DNA from: an uncultured Clostridium sp.
Lineage (GTDB): Bacteria > Bacillota > Clostridia > TANB77 > CAG-508
Direction: 5' to 3'
Assembly (NCBI GenBank): GCA_948435735.1
Contig: CAOJGX010000001.1
Coordinates: 1-59,994 of the forward strand
Length of the DNA: 59,994 bases
How positions within the stretch are numbered: position 1 is the stretch's first letter; every line of letters starts with the position of its first letter. Below, piece by piece: positions 17,318-28,038 of the stretch. The notes under the pieces were generated by a model. The model was not told the origin of the DNA. It saw nothing but the letters and a program-made list of their open reading frames with translations, and did not search any database. The position numbers and the translations under genes are program-made.

Positions 17318-17697
17318 ATTTAGAATTTTTCTTACTCCTCCCAAAAGCACAAAAACGCCCTTTTAAGACGTTTTACCCTCTTTCTGGTATCTTATGTCTA
17401 CTTTTCTCATTAAGGTGCCTTCCTGAGCTTTCTAGAGCTTCTTCAAAAAATTCATTTTTCTGATACCTATGCTTTTTATGCCTCTAAAAAATCACGAAAA
17501 ATACTTTTTTAGCGTTTTCTTGAGTTTTTAATCATTTTTCATTAAATTTTCAAAAAATGGCTTAAATCGAGTTTTTATTTTTTTATCCAGTTTGTTACCG
17601 AAAAAACTCACACTTTGCTTGCAATTTTACATAGCATATGTTATGATTGTATTTGTAACTCTATTGTTTTTTCCCTTGTACAGTAAAGGAGATAAAT

Positions 17698-18030
17698 ATG
17701 TTTTTTAAAAAGAGAACCGTTCCAGAAGTCATACTCATGAAAAAATATGCAGGTTTCTTATCGGATGAAGAAATTCGCACTATTTCCAGAGAACTGAGCA
17801 GTACAAAAGCCAACTCCAAGATTAAAACAATAAAACGTCGTTCTGATCTCAATCGGCTTACTAAAAAATATGATTTAGGAATTATACAGGGCCGCAAAAA
17901 AATACGTTGGTATTACAATACCTATATTACCCTTGACGATCCATTTGGCTCAGCCATCGTAATCGCCAAGCCAAAATCAGGCTTTAATCGTTCTGTCAAA
18001 ATTTTTAGATATACCCCAAATCATTGTTAG
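17698..18030 (+). CDS. hypothetical basic protein
   Basis: 110 aa. Strong SD aaaggag 7 nt before the ATG. No family recognised. Contains an in-frame CGG at 17854-17856. Confidence 0.45.
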   Translation: MFFKKRTVPEVILMKKYAGFLSDEEIRTISRELSSTKANSKIKTIKRRSDLNRLTKKYDLGIIQGRKKIRWYYNTYITLDDPFGSAIVIAKPKSGFNRSVKIFRYTPNHC

Positions 18031-18046
18031 ATTTATTTCTTCTGAA

Positions 18047-18080
18047 AAGGCAGTTTAAAACTCTTGTTTTAAACTGCCTT
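18047..18080. terminator. bidirectional terminator between convergent genes
   Basis: aaggcagtttaaaac-tctt-gttttaaactgcctt: perfect 15-bp stem. Confidence 0.75.
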
Positions 18081-18096
18081 TCTCAATTTTCTATTT

Positions 18097-19740
18097 TTAT
18101 CTTTCTAAAATATATCCTTCTACACGTAAATAATTAAACGTTTTACTGATTTCATAATAACTAAAACCTAAATGTGAAATATAAAAGTCTTCTGTATCAC
18201 TAATTTTTATGATATTATGTTGCTTAAAATCTTCTTCTAACTCAACACCATCATAAATTTTATTTTTGCTTATGACTTCTGTAACTTTTTCTTGTAAATC
18301 AATCGTTCTTTCAGAATCTTGCAATTTAATGATTGCTTTTTGCTCGTCTTCGTTTTCTCCGTTTACATATTTTATTTTGCTGTATTCTTCTATATTTAAT
18401 TCTAGCTTGCAATCCAAATAAACGTATTCCGCACGCTCGTAATTTTTTCTTTCTAGGTTTGTATATTCTTCAATTTGGTTTTTGGTTTCTTCTGACAAGG
18501 TTTCTGGTATCCAATTTTGGCTATTGCCATTATATTGCAAATATTCGTATGCACTTTTTACACGGTCTTTGTCTTTACTAGATAATTCCTCAAAATTCGA
18601 ATTGGTTGCCATGATTTTCTCGATTCTTCCTTTTTGGCTCCAATTGGATACATTTTCATAATGAAGTGGTGTTACAAAACTAATAAAAATAAGCAATGCA
18701 GCATACCAAAAGCTTTGGGAAACTTTTTGACCTTTTTGATAAAATGTAAGACCTAGCACAATTACCTGAAATACAATAAACAAACAGGACATATAGCGCA
18801 TTGGCGTGATGCCAAATTCGACAATTCTAGTGCCTATCGAATAGATTTCTAGTAAAATAAATGGTGTATATAACAAAGGTAATAATTTTGTGATTTTTCC
18901 AATCATTTTTTTCTCGTCTGCATAATTGCTTGCCATGTTCCAAACAGGAAAAGCTGCTATGAAAATCCCTGCCAAAATACGATAGATGGTGTTTTGTGGC
19001 ATGTCTCTTAACAAAATAATCTTGGCAATATAGACATAAATAATAGCAATAGCGATTGTGACAAGTGGCAATAATACATATAAAATCAAGCCTTTGATGA
19101 AAGAATTGATGGGTGTTTTCGAAATTCCAGAAAAGGTATATACCATAGATGGCACATAAAATAAGCCAAATAGTAATACTAGTAACCTTTCCATCACACT
19201 ACCATAGTGACCGTCTAAAATTAATTGAACAAAGATGGTTGCTAAAATCATAATGCCAATGTTTAGGATGATGTACATGGTTGTGGTATTGAAGAAGTCG
19301 CGAAAGACTTTTTGGGTATATTGTGGCAAGGTTAGTTGCTCATTTTGAATGGATTTATAGATGCTAATTAGAATTAAAATTAAGCTATATGCAGCCAGTA
19401 GGCGAAGAGTTGTGGCTATTTGGTTTGTGTTTTGGGTCATGTTGGCTGTCAAAATTTTGGTGAAAATGAAACTGATGCCTCCTGTTAAACCATAACCTAA
19501 GATTTTGTTTGACTTTTTAACAAAAAATATTTCTGTAAAAATCGTACCAATGCCCCAAATTATGCAAAATAAATAAATCTTTTCTAAGATTTCTTCTGTA
19601 TTTCTAGAAAAGTCTTGGTCAATTGCGATGGTGAATAGAATGGTTACAAATGCAATTAGAACCATAGTAAGCGGAAATTTTTTACCTAATTCTTTGATTT
19701 CACTTGACATTTTTTCCATTAAATTTTTAATTTTACTCAT
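18097..19740 (-). CDS. polytopic membrane protein (DUF4153-like)
   Basis: 547 aa. About 10 TM segments, then a soluble C-terminal domain. Family call from memory. Confidence 0.45.
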   Translation of the reverse strand: MSKIKNLMEKMSSEIKELGKKFPLTMVLIAFVTILFTIAIDQDFSRNTEEILEKIYLFCIIWGIGTIFTEIFFVKKSNKILGYGLTGGISFIFTKILTANMTQNTNQIATTLRLLAAYSLILILISIYKSIQNEQLTLPQYTQKVFRDFFNTTTMYIILNIGIMILATIFVQLILDGHYGSVMERLLVLLFGLFYVPSMVYTFSGISKTPINSFIKGLILYVLLPLVTIAIAIIYVYIAKIILLRDMPQNTIYRILAGIFIAAFPVWNMASNYADEKKMIGKITKLLPLLYTPFILLEIYSIGTRIVEFGITPMRYMSCLFIVFQVIVLGLTFYQKGQKVSQSFWYAALLIFISFVTPLHYENVSNWSQKGRIEKIMATNSNFEELSSKDKDRVKSAYEYLQYNGNSQNWIPETLSEETKNQIEEYTNLERKNYERAEYVYLDCKLELNIEEYSKIKYVNGENEDEQKAIIKLQDSERTIDLQEKVTEVISKNKIYDGVELEEDFKQHNIIKISDTEDFYISHLGFSYYEISKTFNYLRVEGYILER

Positions 19741-19756
19741 TTTTCCCTCCTAATTC

Positions 19757-20326
19757 CTAGCAAATTCCTAAAAAATCAATGATTCCATTTTTGGCTTTTT
19801 TAGCTTTGAAATGATGCTCTTCTAGTTCTTCTTGTTTGATATGCTTGTGACCAAAAATTTCTTTCATGTTAACCCAAGTTTTGATATCAACTCGATACAT
19901 AGTTCCGTCTGCAAAACCGACTAGAACAAATGCGATTGCCCCTAATTCATCATATTGTGATAAAACTTGCCTTTGGTGATCGCTTAAAGCCTGGTACGAT
20001 ATCCTATTCGACTGCGTGAATTTTGCATCAAATACGACTGTTCTACCGCCTTTTATGACACCTTTAAAGTCTGGTTGAGCATCTGTCTCAAAAACAGCTT
20101 CAAATCGACCCTTTTCAAGATGCTTTAAAATTTTCATTGGTTCTGGTGTTTTTTCAAGCATCGCTAGCTTTTGTAAACAATAAATTTCTGCGATTGTTTC
20201 AATTTGTTGCTCAAAGTTTTGACCAAGTTGACGGTTTATTTTTCCCTGTAACTGCCTATTGGGATCTTTGTTTTTGGGTGTATTTTGTAATAGCATTTTT
20301 TTATATTCTTCAATTGATATGCCCAT
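19757..20326 (-). CDS. RecU-like Holliday junction resolvase family protein (PD-(D/E)xK)
   Basis: Start moved to MGISIEEY (20326), which has SD aaggag. DFKGVIKGGRTVVFDAKFT...HQRQVL...GAIAFVLV fits the RecU core pattern. Confidence 0.5.
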   Translation of the reverse strand: MGISIEEYKKMLLQNTPKNKDPNRQLQGKINRQLGQNFEQQIETIAEIYCLQKLAMLEKTPEPMKILKHLEKGRFEAVFETDAQPDFKGVIKGGRTVVFDAKFTQSNRISYQALSDHQRQVLSQYDELGAIAFVLVGFADGTMYRVDIKTWVNMKEIFGHKHIKQEELEEHHFKAKKAKNGIIDFLGIC

Positions 20327-20426
20327 ATGAAAACTCCTTTTTTTTACTATATCATATAAAAAAAAAAATGACAATATTTTGTACGCAAAAAGCCAGATTT
20401 AAAGTAAATCTGGCTTCGCCTATCAT

Positions 20427-21575
20427 CTAAGCTTGACAACATGTCTTTGCGTATCCATAAAAATAGTTGTGTAATTGAAGACATGTTTTCGATAAAGCAT
20501 ATTTTCCCTGCTTCAATTCTATATCGAAATTTGTAAGTGGTGTCTCATAAAAATAGGAATCTCTTGTTCCAGCAAGATATTGCCTCCAACATTCTGAATC
20601 AGCAGATAAATAGTCTGCACCTTTGAAAAACTTTCTAAATTGCAAGTCTTCCTCTTCTTTGGCTAACAATTTTCTGAGTTTGTTTGAGATGAAAACAGGA
20701 AGGCTGGCATACAAATATTGCTCGAGCATCTTTACTTCGTATATTTTAATGGCTTCCCGTAAACCCGGCACCATCTTTTTGATCGGAGATGGAAAATCAC
20801 CTGTCCATGTTTCTGGAACATCATGAAAGATTCCCATCCAAAACATTTCTGTTGCCATTTTTTCATCACCTGTTTGCTCGAGTACAGAAAAATAGCCAAA
20901 TAACGCTGTGTCAAACAAATGACCTAATACAGGACATTCGATGTTGTAACACATAACTGACCATCGTGTTTGGTTGCGTAGTTGGGAGATTTTTTCTAAT
21001 AGCATAAAGATTGGTGAATTGATATGCTTAATCTCTTTGACGCCCGGCATATCCAAATAGTTTTCCAAATATTCTGACAGTCTTTGGAAGTGATTGGTAT
21101 ATTCCTCTTGCTTCATTTTATCCTGATTTTCAACTAATTCTACCAGTGTAGCAATTTTGGTTGCTACGCGGTAAATCTGCATTTCATAAGTTCCAATCCC
21201 TTGAGAAATGAATTGTGCAAAACTTTCATCTGTCTCTTCTGCAATGATTTGTTTGGTAGCCTCAAAGAATAATTCTTTTGATATGTCTCCAATTTCGCAG
21301 ACTTCGTCAATAATGTGTTCTGGTCTGTCAAAATATACATATACCTTTTGAAAGGCACGATACATTGCTATCTTCGGAAACATTTCCCCTTGTACTGTTT
21401 GCCCTGCTTCTTCGCAATAAGAGGCTAAAATGTAGGCTACTATACAATTAAGAGACTGTTTGGCTAACTCGTTGTACTTATTTTCTGATAAGTACGAACT
21501 CCACCGCCTAAGAACGTTGAGCCTTTTGAAGACTTCATTTACTGCTTTTAATTTGCTTAGATTTAATTGTGTCAT
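20427..21575 (-). CDS. HD-domain phosphohydrolase
   Basis: Start moved to MTQLNLSK (21575), which has SD aaaggagg. HLFDTALFG...GIFHDVPE (H..HD pattern). Contains an in-frame CGG at 20757-20759 that is read through. Confidence 0.55.
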   Translation of the reverse strand: MTQLNLSKLKAVNEVFKRLNVLRRWSSYLSENKYNELAKQSLNCIVAYILASYCEEAGQTVQGEMFPKIAMYRAFQKVYVYFDRPEHIIDEVCEIGDISKELFFEATKQIIAEETDESFAQFISQGIGTYEMQIYRVATKIATLVELVENQDKMKQEEYTNHFQRLSEYLENYLDMPGVKEIKHINSPIFMLLEKISQLRNQTRWSVMCYNIECPVLGHLFDTALFGYFSVLEQTGDEKMATEMFWMGIFHDVPETWTGDFPSPIKKMVPGLREAIKIYEVKMLEQYLYASLPVFISNKLRKLLAKEEEDLQFRKFFKGADYLSADSECWRQYLAGTRDSYFYETPLTNFDIELKQGKYALSKTCLQLHNYFYGYAKTCCQA

Positions 21576-21685
21576 GTATAAATCCTCCTTTATTTGTCTC
21601 TTGCATAAGCTTGCTGTCACACAAGAAAGACGTATTAATAATGGTTATGAAAGGATTATATCATACTTTTATGTCCACTTCAATA

Positions 21686-22016
21686 CTATATCTTTACTTT
21701 TTCAACTTTTATTTTTTGGTAACAATCACTTTCTATTTTATCACCTAAATATTCTGCTAGTTTTTCTGGTTTGCATATCAATTCTTCTTTTTGTTGTTTG
21801 GTTAATGTTTTTTTGATATGAAATTCTAATTTTGATGCTAGCACTCTGTTTTCACTTTGCCATGCGATTTCTAGCTTTTGGGGTTTGTGTCTTAGGGTGT
21901 ATTTGGCACATTTGTCGCCGGCTAGAGAAATGTTCGTGCATGCGACGGGTGAGGTCGGTTGTAATGCCGGTGTAGAGAGTGGTGTCTTGGCAGCGGAGGA
22001 TGTAGGTGTAGTACAT
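21686..22016 (-). CDS. GIY-YIG nuclease family protein (UPF0213/YhbQ-like); frame broken at in-frame CGG 21918-21920 and continues in +1
   Basis: From ATG 22016: MYYTYILRCQDTTLYTGITTDLTRRMHEHFSS, then CGG. The +1 frame reads GDKCAKYTLRHKPQKLEIAWQSENRVLASKLEFHIKKTLTKQQKEELI... to the stop at 21686. Confidence 0.7.
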
Positions 22017-22048
22017 GTTATTTTCTTTTTCCTTCCTTTTCTTTGCTA

Positions 22049-23158
22049 TTAAAAATTTTTTATAAAATCTAAGTTCAGAAACTTGTTTATTATAGTATTT
22101 ATTCTCAAGGCCAATTTTTCTACAAGCTTCATACAATGAATTTCTATGACATGAATTCTTATTAATTCTATTATTGTACAAACTGTATAAACCATTAGAA
22201 CTGTTATTATAGAATAGGGTATTAAAGCAATTGTATTGGAAAAGGCTTCTCCGTTTAATACCTGCTTCCATAAAAATGGTCTTATTAAATTATTATCATG
22301 TATTAAGTAGACACCAAAGGTTGCAGAAGAAATTACATTAATGATTTTATTTTGTTTTATGTGAGTATTTTTAAAGGCTAATAATAAAAATATTGAGATT
22401 AGTAGTATTGGTAGTCTTTTCATATGGTAAAAATACGTTGCATGTTTTCCAAAAAAGCCTATTTTTAATCCGATTAAATCGAAAATTATCACAGTCAAAA
22501 AATTTAGCAATATAAGTATGAAAGCTATTGAAAAATAAGTTTTATTTTTCGCTTGAAATTTTTGTTCATTTAATTTTATATAGCCTGCTAAACTATATAA
22601 ATAAAAAAACCATATTAAATCATTACTTTCAAAATCCATTGTTGTAAAAGTCGGAATGATACACCAACATATAGTCATTACTATTAGCATTTTTTTGTAT
22701 GTTTCTCTATCTAAATGATTCAAAAAGACATTGATGAATGGTGATAAAAGATATAAAACAAAATAACTAGTTGCAAACCACCATTGTTCAAAAATAATTG
22801 GCAACATATTTTTTATGAAGTCTTTTGGGTTGAAACTTTCCCAGCCACATACGATAAAAATTGCATATATGACTATCGAATAGAAAAATACTTGACCCCA
22901 CAATTTTAAGACTTTGGCTATTTTGAATTTTGAAGAACTTATTAGAAAATAGCCACTTATTAAAACAAATAGATTGACACCAATTTTTCCTCCTATTTGT
23001 ATGAATTGATTCCATAACCTTGGAATGGTTATGGAATTTGTGTCAAAATTAAATCCACTGTGCATTCCAAAATGAAAAAATACAATCATCACCATTGCTA
23101 TGATTCTTAATAGTTCAAAATTGGATTGTCTGTTTTGTCTAATTTTTAGTTTTTTCAT
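22049..23158 (-). CDS. membrane O-acyltransferase (acyltransferase family 3)
   Basis: 369 aa, multi-TM. N-terminal NFELLRIIAMVMIVFFH motif. Confidence 0.8.
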   Translation of the reverse strand: MKKLKIRQNRQSNFELLRIIAMVMIVFFHFGMHSGFNFDTNSITIPRLWNQFIQIGGKIGVNLFVLISGYFLISSSKFKIAKVLKLWGQVFFYSIVIYAIFIVCGWESFNPKDFIKNMLPIIFEQWWFATSYFVLYLLSPFINVFLNHLDRETYKKMLIVMTICWCIIPTFTTMDFESNDLIWFFYLYSLAGYIKLNEQKFQAKNKTYFSIAFILILLNFLTVIIFDLIGLKIGFFGKHATYFYHMKRLPILLISIFLLLAFKNTHIKQNKIINVISSATFGVYLIHDNNLIRPFLWKQVLNGEAFSNTIALIPYSIITVLMVYTVCTIIELIRIHVIEIHCMKLVEKLALRINTIINKFLNLDFIKNF

Positions 23159-23189
23159 CTTTTCCTCCTTTTTCGCTATTCTTTCTTTT

Positions 23190-24332
23190 TTAATCTGTAA
23201 TTTTTTCTCTATTTTCTAATTTGTAAGCAAAAGTTCTTATTTTCTTTTCTATCTGTTCTGATAACTTGCTAAACTTTAAAAATCTAAAAACCAAAATACG
23301 AACTTTATCTATAAAAATTCCTATCGTAAAAATAATAATCGTCAAACCAATTATTGCAGGTAGAATTAAATAAGCAGGAAGATTGGCTATATAAGAAAAT
23401 TTTTCTCCTATTATATTATCAAATACTAAAGGCTGTACATGTATTAAATATACACCAAAAGATGAAACCGTTACGAACCTAATAAGTTTATACCAAAATG
23501 GTTTTATTTCTAATTTTGCAAAAATTAATAACATTATTATTGCTATTCCTAAAATTGTTGGTGATGTATAAGAAATTAATAAATCAGTCATTATTTTTTT
23601 GCCAAAGAAATACATCGTTAATTCTCCAATTTCTATTTTCCAAATCCAAGTTACTATCAGTAAAAATATACCAATTAATACCGTTTTTTTCTTATTCAGT
23701 TTATTAAATATTTCATACTTTTTTATGTAAGCACCCATCAAATATAAAATTGCAAGCCATAAAAAACTATATCCTGCATTTAGTCCAAACGGATCTCCTT
23801 CAAATGTAAATAAATTGGCTATTGTAACATAACAAGAAAATCCCAACATACAAATCATAACTGTTTTTAATTTCTCCTTTTTTGAGCTTCGTACAATTTT
23901 ATTAAGCCATGGTATCATAAAAAATACTCCTGTATATGCTGAAAAATACCAATATTGATTACTAGCTACTGGAAAAAATGATTTTACTAATTGCTTTATT
24001 CCTATTAATCTAGTCCAGAATTTCCAAAAAATTAAGGTAATCATTACATTATAAAATACTACTTGAAGCCATAATGAAATATAATTAGAAATTTTTAATG
24101 GTTTATCTTCTTCTGAAAAATAAACAAATCCACTAATTAGTGCATAACAATTAACCGCACAATATACTCCTATTTGTATAAAACACGTAATAGCAAATTT
24201 AGTTTCGTTATCCTTAACTCCTAATAAAATTCCACCCTTCCCTACTATATGTAAGATTAAAACAAAAAACATTGCGATTATTCTTAATAAATCAATTCCA
24301 TAATTTCTTTTATTTACTTTTTCTTGTTTCAT
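23190..24332 (-). CDS. membrane O-acyltransferase (acyltransferase family 3)
   Basis: 380 aa, multi-TM. YGIDLLRIIAMFFVLILH motif. Confidence 0.8.
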   Translation of the reverse strand: MKQEKVNKRNYGIDLLRIIAMFFVLILHIVGKGGILLGVKDNETKFAITCFIQIGVYCAVNCYALISGFVYFSEEDKPLKISNYISLWLQVVFYNVMITLIFWKFWTRLIGIKQLVKSFFPVASNQYWYFSAYTGVFFMIPWLNKIVRSSKKEKLKTVMICMLGFSCYVTIANLFTFEGDPFGLNAGYSFLWLAILYLMGAYIKKYEIFNKLNKKKTVLIGIFLLIVTWIWKIEIGELTMYFFGKKIMTDLLISYTSPTILGIAIIMLLIFAKLEIKPFWYKLIRFVTVSSFGVYLIHVQPLVFDNIIGEKFSYIANLPAYLILPAIIGLTIIIFTIGIFIDKVRILVFRFLKFSKLSEQIEKKIRTFAYKLENREKITD

Positions 24333-25882
24333 CTCTTATTTCTCCTTTTGGCTAATAAAGTTCTAATCCTTTCTTTATAAAAAACAAATTCTGGCATCTT
24401 TATAGAACATAATAAATATAAAATATTAGGCACAAACAAACATAATATTCCATTAAAAATAAGTTGTAGCCAATTATTTTGTACTACTATCAAACTTGAA
24501 ATATAGGCTGTAATAATACCTATTATTACAGTTATTAAACCATGTTTTATATGTAATTTAAAATATTCCGGATATTCTCCATCTAAAACTAATTTATAAA
24601 CATATTTCGGGTAACTATATAAAAATAATACTAATGTACTCGTTATTGTACCTAAAAATACGCCTGCAAAACCAAATATTCTTACAAAAATTAAAGATGC
24701 AATTATATTGATAGCTGACTCTATCAATGGAACAAATCGATTTTCATAAAAGATTCCACCAGCATCTGAAAAAATTCCACTTGTAGTTCTAATTCCTTGT
24801 ATATATAGATTGATAACTAATGTTATTAATACAAACTTAGGAAGTAAATATTCACCACCTACCCAAATTTTGACAAATGGTTCTATCATACAGTAAATAG
24901 ATATAGAACAAAAACAAAATAACCATGAATTTAATAAGAAAATCGCTTGATAAATAGAACGAGCTTTTACTTTATCCTTTTCTATTAATAAATTACCAAC
25001 ACTAGCTGTTAAAGAGTTTATTATATTTCCAAATAAACTTTTAACTTGTCCAATTATCATATTATAATTAGCATACATTCCAACTGCTACTACCCCTAAT
25101 CCTTTTGTCATAGAAATTATAATATTATCCGTTCCTAAAACAACAAATGCACCAATTTTATGAAATAATAACCCTTTTACCTTTGTTGTGATATCTTGTT
25201 TTAATTCTTTTGGCATATTTTCTACATTGCTTAAATCTTTAATGTATTGATATTTTTTATTAACAATGATATTTATTGTTACATTTTCCAATATGGCAAA
25301 AATAATTTGACTGAATAAATAAATAATAAAGTTTTTTGTTAGTATAATAATTGCTATTTGCACCAAACTTCTTAAAATGATAAAAATACTGCCAACCGTA
25401 TTTGTTATATAATTTTTTTGGTCAGCATATAATACCGATCTTTTATAAGTTAGTAAATAAGAAACTGCTGTACTTAATAAGTATAAGAAAAACAAAAATC
25501 TTATGTTTTCTGGTACAGAAACTTCTCCGACAATCATTGGAATAATTGGTAAAATAAGCATTCCAATTGTAAAAATAATAGCCGCAATCATATGATAAAT
25601 ATTTCGATAATATTTAACTAAAGTTTTTATTTTCTCAATATCCTTTTCCGCCATCGGTTTATATAAATGATACACAATAGCTGATCCAAAGCCCAATTCG
25701 GCAATACTTAGCATATTCAATATATTACTAAATAAACCTTTGATTCCATTGTATTCAGCACCTAAGGTTCGAATAAATATTGCTTGTGAAATAAATCCCA
25801 TTAAAGTTGTTATAACATAAACTATCGTAGAAGCTAATCCATTTTTTATGGAATTGACAGTTCTATTTGAATTTTTAACCAT
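24329..25882 (-). CDS. oligosaccharide flippase (Wzx, MOP superfamily)
   Basis: 517 aa, about 14 TM segments. Position inside the glycosyltransferase cluster. Confidence 0.7.
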   Translation of the reverse strand: MVKNSNRTVNSIKNGLASTIVYVITTLMGFISQAIFIRTLGAEYNGIKGLFSNILNMLSIAELGFGSAIVYHLYKPMAEKDIEKIKTLVKYYRNIYHMIAAIIFTIGMLILPIIPMIVGEVSVPENIRFLFFLYLLSTAVSYLLTYKRSVLYADQKNYITNTVGSIFIILRSLVQIAIIILTKNFIIYLFSQIIFAILENVTINIIVNKKYQYIKDLSNVENMPKELKQDITTKVKGLLFHKIGAFVVLGTDNIIISMTKGLGVVAVGMYANYNMIIGQVKSLFGNIINSLTASVGNLLIEKDKVKARSIYQAIFLLNSWLFCFCSISIYCMIEPFVKIWVGGEYLLPKFVLITLVINLYIQGIRTTSGIFSDAGGIFYENRFVPLIESAINIIASLIFVRIFGFAGVFLGTITSTLVLFLYSYPKYVYKLVLDGEYPEYFKLHIKHGLITVIIGIITAYISSLIVVQNNWLQLIFNGILCLFVPNILYLLCSIKMPEFVFYKERIRTLLAKRRNKR

Positions 25883-26861
25883 TTTTTTGCCCTTTCAATT
25901 TTTTTCTAATTATCATTAAAACATAATATAGTTTTATTCTTCTTTTTACTAAACAATCTATAAATGTTTTATTTGTTGTTTTATATTGTTTATTTCTATC
26001 AAATTTTTCAAATAGTATAGTATTTAAGTTTTGATAAATTTCATTCATTAATTGACAAAATTCTTTATAACTAATTGAGAAATTTAATGAAATTTTTAAA
26101 AGCTGCCCATTTACTTCCTCAAAAAATTTGTTTGTTCTAAAATTTTCAATCTCTTTATTAAAATTACTGTAAATTTCATTATATACAACTGATAATTCAT
26201 AGATATTTTTCTTCATTAAATCTTTATCTATCTTTTTGGTAATGCTGTTTGCATTATAAAAAATTTTATAACCATCAAAATGTGCTATTTTTATTGTCTT
26301 AGCAGCAATCATGGTATGAATGGAAAATAATAAATCTTCTCCAAATCCAGCTTTTTCATTAAATCTAATCTTATTCTCCATTAATAATTGTTTTTCAATT
26401 AACTGAAAACAAGCTGTATTAAATTTACCTGTGTTTTCAAAAATATCAAAAAATCTTTGCGAATATACTTTTAATTCCTCAAAATTACTATTTAATATAA
26501 TTCTAACAACCCTTGTATCCTCACCTATCAAATTAGATAAATTCTCTACATAATTCTCTAACACATAATCATCACTATCAATAAAAGTAATGTATTTTCC
26601 TTTTGCATCTTCTAAACCAACATTTCTCGCACTAGACACGCCTCCATTTTGCTTATGTATCACTTTTATTCTATTATCCTTTTTAAGCCATTCATCACAT
26701 TTTTCCCCTGAGTTATCGGTTGAACCATCATTTACTAAAATAATTTCTAAATTCTTATACGTTTGATTTACAATACTTTCTACACATCTGTCTAAATATT
26801 CCTCTACATTATATACTGGAACAATAACACTAATTAAATCTTCCATTATTTTTTCTCCCAT
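25875..26861 (-). CDS. family 2 glycosyltransferase
   Basis: ISVIVPVYNVEEYLDRCVESIVNQTYKNLEIILVNDGSTDNS and FIDSDD. Confidence 0.9.
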   Translation of the reverse strand: MGEKIMEDLISVIVPVYNVEEYLDRCVESIVNQTYKNLEIILVNDGSTDNSGEKCDEWLKKDNRIKVIHKQNGGVSSARNVGLEDAKGKYITFIDSDDYVLENYVENLSNLIGEDTRVVRIILNSNFEELKVYSQRFFDIFENTGKFNTACFQLIEKQLLMENKIRFNEKAGFGEDLLFSIHTMIAAKTIKIAHFDGYKIFYNANSITKKIDKDLMKKNIYELSVVYNEIYSNFNKEIENFRTNKFFEEVNGQLLKISLNFSISYKEFCQLMNEIYQNLNTILFEKFDRNKQYKTTNKTFIDCLVKRRIKLYYVLMIIRKKLKGQKNG

Positions 26862-28021
26862 TCCTCTATTATCTTTGCAAAATCTTCATAATATTTTCGC
26901 ATTGAATACTGTTTTGCTTTTTCTTTTCCATGTATACTCATTTTTTCTCTTCTTTCTTTGTCTTGATATAATTTTAAAATAGCATTTTTCAAATGTGATA
27001 CAACTTTTTCATCTTTTTCTATAATCTCAGCACATTTTTCATCAATATATTCTACCATTCCACCTGACTTAGTCGCAATAATCGGTAAACCACTTGCCAT
27101 GCCTTCTATTGCCGTTAATGGTGCTGCATCTTCCCATAACGAAGGAATTGCTTGAATATCTGCAATTTGACAATATTGATATACTTCTTCATTGGGTATA
27201 TATCCCGTAAAAATAATCTGATTTTTTAAAGCTTCCGCTTCTTTTTTTAGTTCCTCAGCATACTCACTATTCGCCTCTGCTCCAAAATTAGGTGAACCAA
27301 TGATTAGTAATTTTATTTTATCATCATTTATTTCTTTTATTGATTTTATCAATTCTAATACACCTTTTACTTGAATTAACCTACCACAAAAAAGAATGAC
27401 AAAATCATCTTTTTTTATATTTAATGAATTACATATATCAATTTTTTCTGTTTCTTTTAATTCTCTATCAAATTTTTCTAAATCGATTCCATTTTTTAAG
27501 ACAACTGTATCAACATTTTTATTAGCCTTATATTGTCGTATGCAAAATTGGCTCACACCAATAACTTTTCCAAATATTTCATTTAATTTTTCAGTCGATT
27601 TTAAGTCTTGATGAATATGTAATACCATTTTTTCTTTTCCAAAATATTCTTGAAACTCTTTATAGGATTCATAATTCCCGCCTTCTACAATTATGTAGTC
27701 CGCATCTTTTTCTATATTTCTAAAAGCACGATAATAGTAATAATTTAATGGAAAAATTCTAATTTTTAATTTTTTTAAAATTCTATACAATAATAATAAA
27801 ATTTTATATTTCATTTCTGTTTTTGTAAATATAAAATTCGTATTTTTATATTTTTTACTTTCTTCTAGTGCTTCTTTATTATATTTAGAAACAATATTTA
27901 ACTTAATTAAATTTTGTTTTTCATTTTCCTTTGCAAGATTCGTCACTAATTTTTCTATTGCTCCACCCTGCACATCTGGACAAGGTAATAATGGGGACAA
28001 AATCATATAAACTTTTTTCAC
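26846..28021 (-). CDS. family 4 (GT-B) glycosyltransferase
   Basis: 391 aa. C-terminal PSLWEDAAPLTAIEGMASGLPIIATKSGG (E-x7-E). Confidence 0.85.
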   Translation of the reverse strand: MKKVYMILSPLLPCPDVQGGAIEKLVTNLAKENEKQNLIKLNIVSKYNKEALEESKKYKNTNFIFTKTEMKYKILLLLYRILKKLKIRIFPLNYYYYRAFRNIEKDADYIIVEGGNYESYKEFQEYFGKEKMVLHIHQDLKSTEKLNEIFGKVIGVSQFCIRQYKANKNVDTVVLKNGIDLEKFDRELKETEKIDICNSLNIKKDDFVILFCGRLIQVKGVLELIKSIKEINDDKIKLLIIGSPNFGAEANSEYAEELKKEAEALKNQIIFTGYIPNEEVYQYCQIADIQAIPSLWEDAAPLTAIEGMASGLPIIATKSGGMVEYIDEKCAEIIEKDEKVVSHLKNAILKLYQDKERREKMSIHGKEKAKQYSMRKYYEDFAKIIEEWEKK

Positions 28022-28038
28022 TTTTATACCTCACACAA

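Noticed and set aside
21852-22271. 139-aa minus-strand ORF spanning the end of the acyltransferase gene and the GIY-YIG start
   Set aside because: It is a read-through artefact. Its last 54 aa are the real GIY-YIG N-terminus (start ATG 22016). The rest overlaps the 3' end of the acyltransferase-3 gene (22049..23158) in another frame.
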